From the IMG/VR virus record IMGVR_UViG_3300031951_000022, positions 93,713 through 157,712 of that record: 64,000 nt of DNA, one strand, 5' to 3'. Positions 49,152-58,821 of the stretch are shown piece after piece (positions within the stretch are counted from its first letter, which is position 1; the number at the start of each line of letters is the position of its first letter). The translations under genes were made by a program, and so were the position numbers. Below the pieces are notes generated by a model, which had not been told where the DNA came from, made no database searches, and worked only from the letters and a program-made list of their open reading frames with translations. Source of the stretch: a virus.

Positions 49152-49721
49152 TTAGTAATTAGTTTTAGCCTTGTAGTTATCGTTATATGGTGTGGTGTTG
49201 CCACGCATATATGTTAGTTCGCCAGGGACGGAGCCGGTTGGCGTTGCGGCTTCGTCTGTTGCGAAGGTGTCTACTTGTACTTGTGGATAACCAGCATCAA
49301 ATGTGTTGGTTACTCTGTTGTACTTGTTTTGTCTAATAGCTGAAGTAAACTTACGAGTACGAACAACCTCTAACTTATTTATACTACGAATAGTATCTCC
49401 ATCATTACCGGTTGTTTTGATAGCATTGTTGCTAACACCGGCTAGTTCTGATGTGATAAGACTGGAAATTGGCTTGACATGATTGTGGGCAAATTCTCCA
49501 GCAGATACTGCCTTACTGGCGTAGTCTTGAAGAGTTGTTACGTCCTCAACAACTACTGAACCAAACACACCCACTGAGGGTGTTGGAGTGGCAACACTAT
49601 CGGCAACACCAGAGATAACTGATCCATTGGCCTTGATTGTGCCATTAGCGTTATTAACCTCTAGATAAGAACCGTAGCCGTTGCCTGTTAAAGATGAATT
49701 ATTGACTTGTACTGTGGCCAT
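49152..49721 (-). CDS. Hypothetical, likely virion protein
   Basis: Gly/Asn/Thr-rich, GGAG SD, bounded by a GGTGTATTA motif and a terminator. Confidence 0.55.
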   Translation of the reverse strand: MATVQVNNSSLTGNGYGSYLEVNNANGTIKANGSVISGVADSVATPTPSVGVFGSVVVEDVTTLQDYASKAVSAGEFAHNHVKPISSLITSELAGVSNNAIKTTGNDGDTIRSINKLEVVRTRKFTSAIRQNKYNRVTNTFDAGYPQVQVDTFATDEAATPTGSVPGELTYMRGNTTPYNDNYKAKTNY

Positions 49722-49775
49722 TATGCTACTCCATAATAATTATTGGGAAACTGCCGTTATCCAGATAATACACCA

Positions 49776-50438
49776 CTATTTGTCTTTGTGTACAGAATTA
49801 AATCTCATTAGGTTCTTTAGACTGTTTATAGATGTTGTTCTTAGTCCAAAAAGGCCGGATTTATTGATGGTGTCAAAATGTTTATCTGTCCATATATTGC
49901 CGGTAGACAAAACATTCAAATCTTTTGAGTTTTGATGCAGAAAAATGGAAGCTAGGATATTATCGGCTAAATTATCTATAAAATAGCCACTAGATGGATA
50001 AACGTGAGTGATATTGAACTGATCAAAAATTTCACATATTTTTTTGAGACAGTGGTGGTCGAATACTCTATATTCTAGTATATATCTAATTTCTATGCTA
50101 TTAGCAGCTGTATATTCTTGTATAAGCTTAATATCTTCTCTAATTTTTTCATATTTTCTATTGGTCGCTAGATTTTGTGGCATAGAAACATCTATTGCCT
50201 TGGCCCCCATCTTATGGGCCTGTTCTATAGCAAATCTTCTGGTTTTAATATCAGATATACCCAAAGGATAATCAATCAGACAGGAAAGAGTAGTGTCACT
50301 TGGGATGATATTTTTGTGTTTTAATAGATAATATGGAAGAGTAATACTATTTATAGGATACTTGCAGACCTCGACCAAGAGGGATTTCGCTTCTGCATCA
50401 GTAATATCTGTATGGATAACAGCGAAATCAATATACAT
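49776..50438 (-). CDS. DeoC-like aldolase fold, catalytic lysines absent
   Basis: IDYPLG, GAKAIDV, RYILE; VYPSSG replaces FIKTSTG. Confidence 0.7.
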   Translation of the reverse strand: MYIDFAVIHTDITDAEAKSLLVEVCKYPINSITLPYYLLKHKNIIPSDTTLSCLIDYPLGISDIKTRRFAIEQAHKMGAKAIDVSMPQNLATNRKYEKIREDIKLIQEYTAANSIEIRYILEYRVFDHHCLKKICEIFDQFNITHVYPSSGYFIDNLADNILASIFLHQNSKDLNVLSTGNIWTDKHFDTINKSGLFGLRTTSINSLKNLMRFNSVHKDK

Positions 50439-50439
50439 A

Positions 50440-51114
50440 CTATTTTAGTTTCTTTAGTAAATTTTTAATGTAGTCTATATTTGGATATTTTTTTGTACCT
50501 AAAACACCATCTGCAAAACCATATCTTACAGCCTCTTCTGACGTCAAAATCCAATCTCTTTTTGTGGCTAATTGCGTCACAATATGTTTTCGTGCAATCA
50601 TTCTTTTCCAATTTTTTTCTTTACTAATACTACTATTTATACACCTATCGGTAAAGATATCTATCATCTTTTCGCTTTCTTTTTCGCTCCATTGCACTGT
50701 GCTTAGGGCTGCTTTATGTTCATTATCAATACTTAAAGACCCATAGTGTATAAGAAAGTTGGTATTCGAACTCAATATTCTTAAATCGGCCGCTTGCAGC
50801 AAAACGCTGCTGCTAGATTCTACCTTAGCATAAGCGACAATACATACTTTACTTTTACTATTTTTTATGTTGTCGTAAATGCCAAGACAATCTTGCCAAT
50901 CTCCACCCGGTAAGTGCATATGTACTAAGATAGGGTCTAAAGATATAGTGTTTAAATATCTTAGATTTTTTTCAAAAAGAATAGCGGATCTATAGTCCAC
51001 ACCAGACTCTTCGTTTTCAGAAGAAAAGTAAGAATGTAAATATAGTTCTCTATTTTCTATATCAATATTATAATCATGAATATTGCTGAGAGTATTATTA
51101 TTGTTGATTGTCAT
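50440..51114 (-). CDS. clpP: ClpP-like serine protease
   Basis: LPGG, ESSSS (Ser), LIHYG (His), RDWILTSEEAVRYGFADGV (Asp). Confidence 0.85.
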   Translation of the reverse strand: MTINNNNTLSNIHDYNIDIENRELYLHSYFSSENEESGVDYRSAILFEKNLRYLNTISLDPILVHMHLPGGDWQDCLGIYDNIKNSKSKVCIVAYAKVESSSSVLLQAADLRILSSNTNFLIHYGSLSIDNEHKAALSTVQWSEKESEKMIDIFTDRCINSSISKEKNWKRMIARKHIVTQLATKRDWILTSEEAVRYGFADGVLGTKKYPNIDYIKNLLKKLK

Positions 51115-51544
51115 ATGTTTTGTCTAGTGTAGAATAAATGGTGTCATTTATTAGCTTCATTGTTTCTGAGTCCGTAAAACATTTACCGATAGCTACACGA
51201 AATCTATAGCGTGTAAAAATGTCTAAAATTTCTACGCCGTCACATTTTTCTATAATACTTTTGATTGGTCCGGTAATACTAAAGTTGGTGTGGCCGAGCC
51301 AAAAATTAAAAATTTTACTGGATGCCGTATGTTCATTGTATGGAATTAATCCTAATGGACTTGCGATTACTCTTACAGGTTTGTTATTAGACGTTTTAAC
51401 GATTTCGTCTCCGTCTTCTTCCTGCATATCATCCATCAGGTCTTCTATATCATGAATATCATTATTGTAATCTCTCCATTTGGCTTCGTCAGTATCTTCT
51501 CCAAACGGATCCATCCATTTTTCCCACATTATTAATGGTTTCAT
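51098..51544 (-). CDS. Hypothetical protein
   Basis: WEKWMDPFG, FNFWLGHTNF, GVEILDIFTRYRFRVAIGKCF. Confidence 0.6.
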   Translation of the reverse strand: MKPLIMWEKWMDPFGEDTDEAKWRDYNNDIHDIEDLMDDMQEEDGDEIVKTSNNKPVRVIASPLGLIPYNEHTASSKIFNFWLGHTNFSITGPIKSIIEKCDGVEILDIFTRYRFRVAIGKCFTDSETMKLINDTIYSTLDKTYDNQQ

Positions 51545-51546
51545 TT

Positions 51547-51942
51547 TTATCCTTTATGTCCGATGTTTTGATAAAATTGAGACGGAGACACAATAGGGTC
51601 GTTATTTTTATTAGTCTTATTACCGTCTGCCTGTTCTAGTGTCTGTCCATATGCGTCTATTAGATTGTGCCAAGTCAATATCGACTTTTCCATAAAATTA
51701 ATACCGCTAGTGTTTTGAGCAGCAAAATCTGACAATAGGTTTAATATCGTTTGACACAATCTTCCTTCATTTAACATAAATAGCATGTAGGCGAATTGCT
51801 CTGCATCTGTGGTAGAAGCATTGGGTAGTTGCATATCTACTACTATGGTGCCATTTTTTTGAACGCTGATAGTTAGTTGATTATCTGTTTCTTCTTTAGG
51901 TTGAGTTTTAAATAAACCTTGAATATACTTAATAATATTCAT
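51547..51942 (-). CDS. Hypothetical protein
   Basis: 131 aa in operon. Confidence 0.55.
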   Translation of the reverse strand: MNIIKYIQGLFKTQPKEETDNQLTISVQKNGTIVVDMQLPNASTTDAEQFAYMLFMLNEGRLCQTILNLLSDFAAQNTSGINFMEKSILTWHNLIDAYGQTLEQADGNKTNKNNDPIVSPSQFYQNIGHKG

Positions 51943-52331
51943 TTAAGTTTTTGTATGACCTCTAATAAAGTATTTGTATATTCATTTGATTCAAGAAAAT
52001 CAAACTCGTGCCAAAAAGCGTTGCTATTAATATTCTCTGTATATCCCACCACAAAACCATAGACAACATCAAGTGTTTGTTCTTGTGTATTTGCTAGAGG
52101 CATATTATGCAATGATATCAGCTGCGGTAATAGCTCTAACTCATTAACAAAAATATATTGCTTAAGATACTGAACAAGATTGTAGTCGATCTCCTTGATA
52201 TTTTCTGAGCTAAGTTCTAGACAAGGAAAACTAATTTTTTCTTTATCTATAGATAATACGAATTTTTTATTAGCAGAAATATCGGCAGCAAATAGTACAC
52301 AGTGTATTCTTACCTGATATAAGTCACTCAC
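51939..52331 (-). CDS. Hypothetical protein, possibly degenerate Nudix fold
   Basis: Strand order V..VLF...KFVL...SFP; no Nudix box. Confidence 0.35.
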   Translation of the reverse strand: MSDLYQVRIHCVLFAADISANKKFVLSIDKEKISFPCLELSSENIKEIDYNLVQYLKQYIFVNELELLPQLISLHNMPLANTQEQTLDVVYGFVVGYTENINSNAFWHEFDFLESNEYTNTLLEVIQKLK

Positions 52332-52983
52332 CTGTTACGCTCCTGATTGTTTCTATAGCCTTATTTAAACCTTGTCTTACAGCTTCTCTAGTAATACCGT
52401 ATTTTTGACCAATCTTCTCAAAAGTATAAGACTCAAAATAATATAGCTTGATATAGTCTTTTTGTCTAGTGCTTAGGCAGTCTAGCGATAAGAGGTTATC
52501 GATTAGTGTTTTTAGGTTTTGTTCATTTTCCTTAGCTATCATAATATCTTCTGGAGACATAGACCTATTATCCTGAGTTAAGCTGTTTACTGCTCCAGAA
52601 TCATCATTCTCGTTCAAAACATGATCTAAGGAATAGACCTTTTTAAACTTTTTGTTCTTTTTGTGTTCTTTAGATACATAGGTTTGTATAGCCCATAAAG
52701 CACACTGGTTTCTGTAGGAATACTTGGTTTTCTTAGTGCCTTTATTGTTCTTATAGTTTTCGTCCCATCTCCAGTCCGCCATCATAATGGCACTAGCTAC
52801 AGAAGATATGGCGTCTTCATCCTTGAGCATCTTAGAAGACAGTCCTTGATAAAACTGGTTGGAGAACTTAGAAATAGACTTCTTAGCCAACAACATATAA
52901 GTGTCTAGACTATCAAAATGTAATTCCTGATGATTTTTATACGCTATTTTTTGATTACCAATTCCATTCAGCTGTAGTAACAT
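52324..52983 (-). CDS. Phage sigma70-family sigma factor
   Basis: Region 4 LSTRQKDYIKLYY..YTFEKIGQKYGITREAVRQ; YSLD. Confidence 0.85.
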   Translation of the reverse strand: MLLQLNGIGNQKIAYKNHQELHFDSLDTYMLLAKKSISKFSNQFYQGLSSKMLKDEDAISSVASAIMMADWRWDENYKNNKGTKKTKYSYRNQCALWAIQTYVSKEHKKNKKFKKVYSLDHVLNENDDSGAVNSLTQDNRSMSPEDIMIAKENEQNLKTLIDNLLSLDCLSTRQKDYIKLYYFESYTFEKIGQKYGITREAVRQGLNKAIETIRSVTGE

Positions 52984-53050
52984 ATTTATATATTTTCCTT
53001 GTGTAAATCCTGTTCATTTTACTATAATTACATTATTATAGTATAAATGA

Positions 53051-53857
53051 TTATTCCTTAGTTAGCTTCTTCCAAGCTTCTGGATCAGGTCTATCCTTAT
53101 CTCCCGGTTTAGCTGGCCTATATTTTTTGCCTTCTCTTTCCTTTTTCTTGCGAATATTATCCCATAAGCCGGGTTTGGATGACTGTGACATCTCCTGATT
53201 AGTATCGACCTTTGCCTCGTCAGAGATTAAGGTTTTATCGTCTTCAGTCAATGGCACATTCATGACAAAATCATGAAGCTGCCCCATACTTTGGCAAGCT
53301 GCGTCAATCTTACCATCTGTCCACGCAGAAGTCAAGCGTTGTGTTACAACCGGGTCCGTCACCCTTTCAATCATAGTACCAGCACAAGAGTGGGCTTGTT
53401 TTAAAGCATTCAGGGCGGCATTGGTATTGTTAAGAGGATCATTGGCTTCATCGTCGCCATATAAATCATCTAAGTTTTTCATTGTAGACGGACCTAGTTC
53501 AAACTGATTAATATCATTATAGCTATCTGCTTTAATCTTAGCCTCCGTCACAAACATAACAAAGTCATGTATAGTTCTCATATAGTCTTCTGTAATAGCT
53601 ATTTTACCCTGTAGCCAACTCTCAGTTAAGTTTTCTCTGATAGCCGGATTCTCAAGAGCCGAGATAATGGACTGACTATGTTGCATAATGGCCCTTAATG
53701 AGCCTACACTCATTTGATAAAAATCGTTTTTATACTCCATCATTTCTTGCTTAGTGGTTTCTTCTTCGTTTTCTTCTACTTCTACAAAGTCACCATCTTC
53801 TGCTTTGCTTTGAAGTTTTTGATTAACAGCACCCAGTATGTCATATATGCGATCCAT
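53051..53857 (-). CDS. Hypothetical protein with internal duplicated domain
   Basis: Two LTxxWxxGKI...M..xHDFVM units; C-terminal PGLWDNIRKKK. Confidence 0.65.
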   Translation of the reverse strand: MDRIYDILGAVNQKLQSKAEDGDFVEVEENEEETTKQEMMEYKNDFYQMSVGSLRAIMQHSQSIISALENPAIRENLTESWLQGKIAITEDYMRTIHDFVMFVTEAKIKADSYNDINQFELGPSTMKNLDDLYGDDEANDPLNNTNAALNALKQAHSCAGTMIERVTDPVVTQRLTSAWTDGKIDAACQSMGQLHDFVMNVPLTEDDKTLISDEAKVDTNQEMSQSSKPGLWDNIRKKKEREGKKYRPAKPGDKDRPDPEAWKKLTKE

Positions 53858-53894
53858 TATTCACCTATTATAAGAAGAAAGTTTTTTCATTTTA

Positions 53895-54560
53895 TTACCA
53901 TGCTTTACACGACCAATATCGTGCTTTCCATTTGGGTCCAGGATTATCACAATTATGTCTTGCTCTAAAGCTTCTACGTCTTTCAGGAATGTTTTTCTTG
54001 ATCTTCATATTCGGGTCACCAAAATTTACTTTAACAACATTACCTTTATCATTTTTGACATAAACGCTGAATTTTTTTGGGCCGTCTGGTGTTCTAAAGG
54101 GTTTGTTTAAAGTAACTTTACGTCCCTGATATTCGGACGCTTTAGCTTCGCCATCATACCTAAGATATCTGCCGTCTTTTTTATAGTTGCCTCTTCTCTC
54201 AAAATAATAGATTTCATATGTGACAGGATCTACATATTGGAATTTGCCTTGTGTTGGTATAACAAATTCTTCTGTTTCTTCTCCGAAATCAACATAATCA
54301 CTATCGCTTGGTGGCACTATTTCAGAAGCCTCTACTAGTTCAACCTCTCCACATTCCGAGCAATCATTGTAAGATAAAGAAAAGCCTAAAATATCTAATA
54401 CGCTAGAGAATAAACCTCCAGCACTCTTGCGAGTCTGACCTAAACAAACAGCCACCCTTTGCTTTTGGTCTGGATAATCTTTTTTCATGGTTTCGTTGCC
54501 CACGCAACGTCCCACAAATTTATCTTTATCTTCGTTTGGTTTTGGCTTTGGTATTGGCAT
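53895..54560 (-). CDS. Multidomain phage hypothetical protein
   Basis: MPIPKP...FVGRC; C-terminal KVNFGDPNM...SFRARHNC...YWSC domain. Confidence 0.65.
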   Translation of the reverse strand: MPIPKPKPNEDKDKFVGRCVGNETMKKDYPDQKQRVAVCLGQTRKSAGGLFSSVLDILGFSLSYNDCSECGEVELVEASEIVPPSDSDYVDFGEETEEFVIPTQGKFQYVDPVTYEIYYFERRGNYKKDGRYLRYDGEAKASEYQGRKVTLNKPFRTPDGPKKFSVYVKNDKGNVVKVNFGDPNMKIKKNIPERRRSFRARHNCDNPGPKWKARYWSCKAW

Positions 54561-55641
54561 AATAACTATTATTCTTTAAAAGTGAAGTTAAAATAATATC
54601 AGCAGTACGATCCCAATTGTAATATTCAGCCGTTTTAATACCTTCTTCGTTGGTATCTATACGATTATTATACACATATTTCATATAATGTGCAGTTTGA
54701 TCAATCTCGTCCTCACCAAGCTTGGCCCAATTTCCAAAACCATTAAACCATTTACCATCATTAGCCGGTTCTGTTTCTGATACGTGTATTAAATACGAAT
54801 TTTTATCATTACAATATTCTGTATGAGCAGAATAATTTGTCGCTATAACAGGTTTATTCATAGCCATGCTTTCTAAAATTTCATTATTCCAACCTTCTGC
54901 CCTAGAAATAAACACCCCACAATCACAGTTGAAAATAAATTCAGCCAGATGATATTGGGTAGGCAATCTACCAAAGATTTTGATCTTATCTTTAAGCTTA
55001 CATTGTTCCACTAAGCCAAACCAGTAATCGTTTTCTTTTTCTGTCAAAAATGGATTAAATGGTAATAACCACAACTCCACATTATCTTCTTCCGTAAAAG
55101 CTCTTTCAAAAGCCTTTAATAAAATGTCTTGAGATTTTCTATGTTCCCATTTGCCTATATGAAAAAATGTATAGTTGGGTTTTTCTACTCTGATTTTGTT
55201 TGGTACAGAAAATACCGACATGTCAACTCCGAGAGGAGCTACATAAACCGGCTTTTTAACGCCATTATCTAATAGAACTTGCTTACTCCAATTAGATGCG
55301 GTAAAAATATAATCAGCATAATTAAGATGATGTACTTCTTTTTGGGTTAATCGGTCTATTTCAAAAAAGGGAAATACATAATAATGTCCATTACCAACCT
55401 TTAGAGATAGGTCGTATTGATGCCAAATCTTTAGGCATGGGGCAGAGTAGTCAAAAGTGTGATTGTTGTTTAATAGCTTATTAATAAGAACCTTATCTTC
55501 TTCTGAGTTAACCTCTATATTAGACCCTATGGGAAATACAGAGAGATTTAGATCAAGCTTAGATAAAGACTTAACGATATTTAGCGAAGTAATACCGTAA
55601 CCTGTACCATTAATGGGGCAATTAATGCTTAAGTTTTTCAT
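54526..55641 (-). CDS. Glycosyltransferase family 4
   Basis: TGYG, GKWEHRK, SRAEGWNNEILESMAMNKPVIATNYSAHTEY. Confidence 0.88.
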   Translation of the reverse strand: MKNLSINCPINGTGYGITSLNIVKSLSKLDLNLSVFPIGSNIEVNSEEDKVLINKLLNNNHTFDYSAPCLKIWHQYDLSLKVGNGHYYVFPFFEIDRLTQKEVHHLNYADYIFTASNWSKQVLLDNGVKKPVYVAPLGVDMSVFSVPNKIRVEKPNYTFFHIGKWEHRKSQDILLKAFERAFTEEDNVELWLLPFNPFLTEKENDYWFGLVEQCKLKDKIKIFGRLPTQYHLAEFIFNCDCGVFISRAEGWNNEILESMAMNKPVIATNYSAHTEYCNDKNSYLIHVSETEPANDGKWFNGFGNWAKLGEDEIDQTAHYMKYVYNNRIDTNEEGIKTAEYYNWDRTADIILTSLLKNNSYYANTKAKTKRR

Positions 55642-55648
55642 AATATAT

Positions 55649-56794
55649 TCAGACTCCTAATGTTGGGTTTTTATTGGAATGAATTTGATTGACTCTACAA
55701 AACTGCCCGCATCTTGACATATGCTTAATCGATGATGATCCGATATAACAGCAACAAGACCTAATGCCTCCTAGTAACTCCTGTATAAGTTGACTAGTCG
55801 GGCCTTTATATTTTACTACTATTTTTGTACCTTCGCTAGCCCTATAATTCTTATTACTGTTTTCATACAGATTTTGTGCGTGGTGTGTGCTCATGCCATA
55901 ATATGTAAATTGTGCCTTTCTGACTTCTGATCCGCCAGGATCTAAAGGTTGCCACCACTCATCAAGAACGTTTCCTGAGTTGTCTATAATAGCTCTACGA
56001 TATTCATAGTCCCATTCCCCTTCACAACTATCACTACCAGCAAAATATCCTCCTAACATTACAAAATCAGAACCGGAACATAAAGCCTTGCAAACATCAC
56101 CAACATTCTTATGACCACCGTCTGAACAAATTAATCCCAGTTTTTTGTCTCCGTTTTGAAGCCCATGTGCTACATACGCATTTTCTAAACAACAAGACAG
56201 TTGGGGCAAACCACACCCTGTTAAGAAGCGTGTGGTACAAGCAGACCCTCCACCGATTCCTGCCTTCACAATATCGACACCGCCATAAAGTATTAGTTCT
56301 TGTGTAGAAGATGTGTTAGTGACATTTCCTGCGATAATAATACTTTCTGGAAAATTATCTCTAACTTTTTTACAGTATTTAACAAATACATCCATATGTC
56401 CGTTGGGAACATCTATACATATATTTGGTTGTATGTCTGTTTGTTTTTTAAAGTCTAATAAATGATTAAGGTCGCTTTTTTTATACCCAATAGAAACAAA
56501 GGTATAGTCTAAGTTTTGTGGGTGTGTTTTAAAATAATTGACTAGTTGTTCTACTGTATGATATTTATGTAAACATGCTATCATTTTATGATTTGCTAAG
56601 TCTATAGCCATATTAAAAGAGCAGAAGCTCATATTAGCACACATTATGGGGATACCGGTCCAAATGCGTGGTGAATGATAAAAATAAAATGTTCGTTTCA
56701 AATCAATCTCTGATCGGCTTGTTAGCGTTGATCTTTGAGGCACGATCAACACATCATCAAAATCTAATTTGGTTTCATTAATTATCTTTTGCAT
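55649..56794 (-). CDS. guaC: GMP reductase
   Basis: LDFDDVLIVPQRSTLTSR, AGNV, GIGGGSACTTR, DGG, YGMS, YRASEG, GGIRSCCCYIG. Confidence 0.9.
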   Translation of the reverse strand: MQKIINETKLDFDDVLIVPQRSTLTSRSEIDLKRTFYFYHSPRIWTGIPIMCANMSFCSFNMAIDLANHKMIACLHKYHTVEQLVNYFKTHPQNLDYTFVSIGYKKSDLNHLLDFKKQTDIQPNICIDVPNGHMDVFVKYCKKVRDNFPESIIIAGNVTNTSSTQELILYGGVDIVKAGIGGGSACTTRFLTGCGLPQLSCCLENAYVAHGLQNGDKKLGLICSDGGHKNVGDVCKALCSGSDFVMLGGYFAGSDSCEGEWDYEYRRAIIDNSGNVLDEWWQPLDPGGSEVRKAQFTYYGMSTHHAQNLYENSNKNYRASEGTKIVVKYKGPTSQLIQELLGGIRSCCCYIGSSSIKHMSRCGQFCRVNQIHSNKNPTLGV

Positions 56795-57011
56795 CTAACT
56801 TCCTTAAATATTCATCAGTATTATAACAAGAAATATGTTTATTATCATCGAACCCAACTTCGGTTACGCAGATTTTTTCATGCGAAGTTAAGCCTCTTCC
56901 TTTAAAGTATTTTAATGTAGCTAAAATAGCACCTCCATGATCAATAGCATCAATAATAAAATAAAGCTGGCCTGAGCGCACATAATATTTTGGCATTGTG
57001 GTTTTTTCCAC
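56778..57011 (-). CDS. Hypothetical protein
   Basis: MPKYYVRSG type small ORF. Confidence 0.55.
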   Translation of the reverse strand: MEKTTMPKYYVRSGQLYFIIDAIDHGGAILATLKYFKGRGLTSHEKICVTEVGFDDNKHISCYNTDEYLRKLDAKDN

Positions 57012-57026
57012 GACTATTAAAATTAA

Positions 57027-57557
57027 TTAAACATCAAAAAATTGCCAGCGTCGATACGGTTCTATATTTTCGTCTGTATTTATGTGTATTAAATAAGACT
57101 TTAGGTCATTCCAGCAAGAAAAAACCATTTGATGGGGGATGGTTCCAAAAATCCAGTCGGGAGTGTGTTTTTTCCCTTGTTCCATATGTATTAGAATAGG
57201 CTTTTTAGATCTATTCGCCGTAAAAATTTCTTCGTAAGTGCCACACGGATGAATATCTAGATCTAGATTTACTATTAAAAAATCACTAATATCTACCAGT
57301 CTAAGATCCACTCTACGAATCACTTTCATCATCTCAGAAAGTTCATCATATCTTTCTTTTTGTTTTAGTTTAGTTTTTATCACATGAGAGTCCTTATCTT
57401 CTAAGCCTGTGTTCGTAGGCTTAGTAATAGGATTAAATACTACCACCCCCATGTTTTCTAAAAATGGGGTGATGTTATCTCTCCATGTGGCGCCTCTATC
57501 GGCAACTCTATCCATTGCACCGGCCAAATATACTCTTTGATTTTTTAGTCTATTCAT
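57027..57557 (-). CDS. Nucleoside 2-deoxyribosyltransferase / nucleotide N-glycosidase family
   Basis: VYLAGAM, FNP, DLRLVDISD, GTYEE. Confidence 0.8.
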   Translation of the reverse strand: MNRLKNQRVYLAGAMDRVADRGATWRDNITPFLENMGVVVFNPITKPTNTGLEDKDSHVIKTKLKQKERYDELSEMMKVIRRVDLRLVDISDFLIVNLDLDIHPCGTYEEIFTANRSKKPILIHMEQGKKHTPDWIFGTIPHQMVFSCWNDLKSYLIHINTDENIEPYRRWQFFDV

Positions 57558-58089
57558 TTTTATAAATCCAGCACCCCTGCATGACTTTAATTTTATCCTC
57601 TCCAAATTTTTCGTTGACAGCTCCTATAACACCATGCCAATAAGGACAATAATCATGGCCAGCAATATATCCATTCTTTTTGACTTTTGGCAGCCACGTT
57701 GCAATATCTTGTTTAACCGAATCATAGGAGTGGTCCATATCAATAAAAACAACATCACAAGAGCTATCTTTAAATATTTTTGCTGCTTCTGTTGCTGGTT
57801 TTCTGATAGGTGTAAATTTTCTACTGCCCATATTGGCTAGAAATTGAGCATAAATATCTGTGTTTTTAGCTATTTTATGGGTAGAATCTTGTTCACTAAT
57901 GGATCCTCGCCAATGATCCACTATATAAATAGAAACAAGTGGGCTGGCTATGTCACATAAAAACGACGAGCTTTTACCTAACCATGCGCCACACTCTACA
58001 AATGTACCATGACCATTGATGGTAGACAATAAAAACCTATAAACATCTTCAAAACCAAACCAACCATCTATATCAGCAGAAGTTTGCAT
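57550..58089 (-). CDS. SAM-dependent methyltransferase (Methyltransf_24-like)
   Basis: VECGAWLGKS, VFIDMDHSY, IAGHDY. Confidence 0.88.
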   Translation of the reverse strand: MQTSADIDGWFGFEDVYRFLLSTINGHGTFVECGAWLGKSSSFLCDIASPLVSIYIVDHWRGSISEQDSTHKIAKNTDIYAQFLANMGSRKFTPIRKPATEAAKIFKDSSCDVVFIDMDHSYDSVKQDIATWLPKVKKNGYIAGHDYCPYWHGVIGAVNEKFGEDKIKVMQGCWIYKNE

Positions 58090-58094
58090 ATTGA

Positions 58095-58628
58095 CTACCT
58101 TAAATAATTATAATACGATATATAATGATTAATAGTTAAAATAGGACCATTTTGGGCACACTGTTCAGCATAAAGCCCATCATGAATATATGTATTTTCG
58201 ATATGCCTGACCAACTTATTATATTTCCATCTGACAAGATAACAAGCTGTGTCGATTTCATAAATTTTTGGAGCAAACGAAGGGGCAAGTCTTATCGATT
58301 CATCCTTATTGACCTGTCCCCAACACATAATAGAAAAATCATATTCTAAATATGGTCCAATGGTTTTGTATAAGTTGGGATGTATGATATTGTCGTCGTC
58401 GTGAAATAATATTAAATCATCGTCTTTAAACGGATAATTATCTAACACATAATTTCTTGCTTTAATGCCCACAAATCCAGTATCCAAACACTGCAAAACA
58501 GTTGCACTATTAATATTAATAGTATCTGATATGGAATGGCAGATGATCCATCTACTTTGTGGGGGTATTGTGTGTTGTATTATGGATAGATTTTGAGGAC
58601 GAGAGCATGGCGTAATTATATACAACAT
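58095..58628 (-). CDS. Small GT-A glycosyltransferase (GT2/GT43-like)
   Basis: IITPCSRP, RN, FHDDDN, IDTA. Confidence 0.7.
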   Translation of the reverse strand: MLYIITPCSRPQNLSIIQHTIPPQSRWIICHSISDTININSATVLQCLDTGFVGIKARNYVLDNYPFKDDDLILFHDDDNIIHPNLYKTIGPYLEYDFSIMCWGQVNKDESIRLAPSFAPKIYEIDTACYLVRWKYNKLVRHIENTYIHDGLYAEQCAQNGPILTINHYISYYNYLR

Positions 58629-58634
58629 AAGACC

Positions 58635-58775
58635 TTACCACGGATCTACAAAGAGAAAGGTGAAGAGATTATTTGATTGTTTAACTCCCGGAATATGGCC
58701 GCGTCTGGTTTCAGACATTTCTCGCAAACCAGAGTATATACCCAAACACAAGCTTAGTATGTAGATGTAAAACAT
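58635..58775 (-). CDS. Small protein (46 aa, not in ORF track)
   Basis: MFYIYILSLCLGIYSGLREMSETRRGHIPGVKQSNNLFTFLFVDPW, right after a consensus promoter. Confidence 0.5.
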   Translation of the reverse strand: MFYIYILSLCLGIYSGLREMSETRRGHIPGVKQSNNLFTFLFVDPW

Positions 58776-58781
58776 AGACTT

Positions 58782-58810
58782 ATTATACAGTAGAGCGATA
58801 GGCTTGTCAA
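58782..58810 (-). promoter_or_regulatory. Consensus sigma70 promoter with extended -10
   Basis: TTGACA (58810-58805), 17 nt, TATAAT (58787-58782). Confidence 0.85.
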
Positions 58811-58821
58811 TACGTTATGTC

